A stretch of DNA of 64,000 nucleotides from Lingula anatina (lineage: Eukaryota; Animalia; Brachiopoda). Location: NCBI GenBank assembly GCA_051362555.1, contig CM120649.1, positions 7,502,001 through 7,566,000 on the forward strand, written 5' to 3'. Both the position numbers and the translations under genes were made by a program. The notes under the pieces were generated by a model that worked only from the letters and a program-made list of their open reading frames with translations, was not told the origin of the DNA and searched no databases. Position 1 is the first letter of the stretch; every line of letters begins with the position of its first letter. Positions 61,974-64,000 of this stretch are shown one piece after another.

Positions 61974-63491
61974 AAAGTTTTCATATGCATTTTTATTGAC
62001 TGTCAGTACATAATGTATTTCCCCTATGAATAGCGTCTGTTGTTCAAGCAGTCTCGACTCTGCTTTGTCTCCTTTGATCCCGGCCTTTTGTAAAGTGCAG
62101 TATAACCTGCCAAACAGCAATAATAACTCTGCTACAATACACATTTTAGATGCCAAAAAGGGAGGTACCCCATTAAGTTATAAAATTTCCAGCACTATGT
62201 TTTTTCCCTAGTCTGATGTATGTGCAGTCATGGCCTAGAGGAACAGGTTGATACTGCGATACTGTGTCTTAGTCAGTGGCATCTGGGTATCAAGAACTAC
62301 AACAGTTACGCAAAATACTTAACTATGACTGGATAAAAACTGTCGATGATTGAGATAAGTCAATATGCATATATATAAACTAGAAGGTATCTTTACTTCC
62401 AGCAACCTCTATTGAAAGACAAGATGCCCACTAGCCAAGACTTGTGAACGGCCAGTCATTGTCCAGTTATAGCCATGATCTCAGTGTTCAGTTTGGTCAT
62501 CTTGGCTACAATAGCCACTGGTCAGCACATATGTGACAACCAAGACACACAGAGGTGAGATCCCACATTTTTTTTCCCTTCTTAGCTTGTTTATGTGACA
62601 AGGTATATGTCTATAAGAAAAGAAACGGTAAAACTTAAGTGAAATCAGAATTAGCCTTTAACTGCATTTTCTTACAAATATAACATTTAACTCTTTATTT
62701 GAGAAGGGGGGGAAACTAAAGACACTAAAAACCAAACTAGCACAATCATCCAATTCAAAAATTAAACAAGATCTTTTTTTGATATCTGCCTCTACTTTTA
62801 TTACATGAAGTCATTCACGCAGGCGTGTCCTGAGGTGACTAGACACAAAGAGGGGTCACAAAGTGCAGCACGACTAGACAGAAAGTTCTGATAGTCTCTT
62901 ATCACTGTCTGTATCTTCACAGTGTCACAGAAAACAGTCACCCCAGCCCCCACAGTCTGAACCTAGGTGCATAGGATAACTTGTATAATTTGACAGAACA
63001 GACAATCTACATATAACAGATTAAATGATGGTATTTCTTTTAGATATTGTACATAACATACCAATATACCAGGCTGCTGTGTTATCTATGATATTATAAC
63101 TGTGTTGCCACAAAAAAAAAAAAACAGACCTCTCCCCCCCCCCAAACTCATACCTCATCTAAAAACCCAGGTATTGTGGACATATCTCATGTCACCTGCA
63201 CCTGTATGGTAAGTTAAGTTTCAGACCCCCCTGCCTCCTCCCCACACTTCAGGTGAATGTTTAAGTCAGGGCTTTTCCCAAGATTGGGACAGGCCGTCCA
63301 AAATTACCACCTGTAATTTCCTACAAAATTTCTGAGAGTCCAAGTATGCCTAAAGCCATCATATTTTCAAAAAAAAACAAAAAAACATAAGCTGTCCAGT
63401 GATACTGGCAGCTGTCCAGATGACGGCTGGACGGTTTGCTGATAAAACCCCTTGGTTTAAGTGTGTCTCATGTCACCAATGTCTATTCCAG

Positions 63492-64000
63492 GGCCAACCA
63501 ACCTGTCACTTCTATACCAGATTACAGAGTGTATGTGTACGACCTCCCGCTGCGGTTCACCTCTGACCTCCTGAACTGTGCCAATCTACGCAACTACTGC
63601 TTTGACCTGCTCCACCAAGGCATGGGAGAGCAGCTGTACCAAGATGGCCCCTTGAGTATACGTGACACCCACCAGTTCTCACTAGAGGTCCTTATGCATC
63701 ATAAACTCATGCACAGTACACAGCGCACAAACAACCCCAGTGAGGCGGACCTATTCTACATCCCTTTCTATAGTGCTCTTACATGTTTTTGTCGTCAGGG
63801 GGACTATGATCAGCTGGAGCAACTGTATGCATACCTAAGAGGTGAGTGGGGGGAGCACTTCCCCTCCAAGCCTCACTTTGGTATTTTGTCTAAGATAGAG
63901 CGTGAGCAGTACTCTATTAACTGCCCCACATTGAGGCACCCAGACAGCCGCCTGGTCACCTGGGTGGGGATAGAGCAGGAAGTGGTAGAAAACAACAGGA
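63492..64000 (+). CDS. exostosin / glycosyltransferase family 47 domain exon, partial, xyloglucan galactosyltransferase MUR3-like type
   Basis: Open to the window edge: YRVYVYDLPLRFTSDLLNC...CFDLLHQGMG...DTHQFSLEVLMHHKLMHSTQRTNNPSEADLFYIPFYS matches GT47 motifs (VYVYDLP.RF, T.QF.LE, RT..P..ADLFY.PFY); acceptor at 63491 or 63520. Confidence 0.88.

Overview
AT-rich animal genomic DNA, probably a marine invertebrate such as a mollusc (inferred from gene content and repeat types). Most of the window is one minus-strand FARP1/FARP2-like gene (FERM-FA-RhoGEF/DH-PH-PH). I could join 25 GT-AG exons from 57529 down to the stop at 13555 into one frame of 5850 nt, including a 2630-nt acidic low-complexity exon; the first coding exon(s) lie beyond the right edge. 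Two plus-strand genes are nested antisense in its introns. One is an apparently 3-exon secreted prepropeptide gene (22822-24961) predicting an amidated CC-x6-CC peptide I cannot assign to a family. The other is an exostosin/GT47 glycosyltransferase exon of the plant MUR3-like type (from 63492, cut by the window edge). Introns hold two copies of a Helentron/HINE-type element carrying a 146-bp satellite rich in AGGTCAAAGGTCA, several MITEs, a tRNA-derived SINE pair and many minisatellites. At least eight FARP exons have local tandem copies of their own splice junctions. All calls were made by eye, with no searches run.
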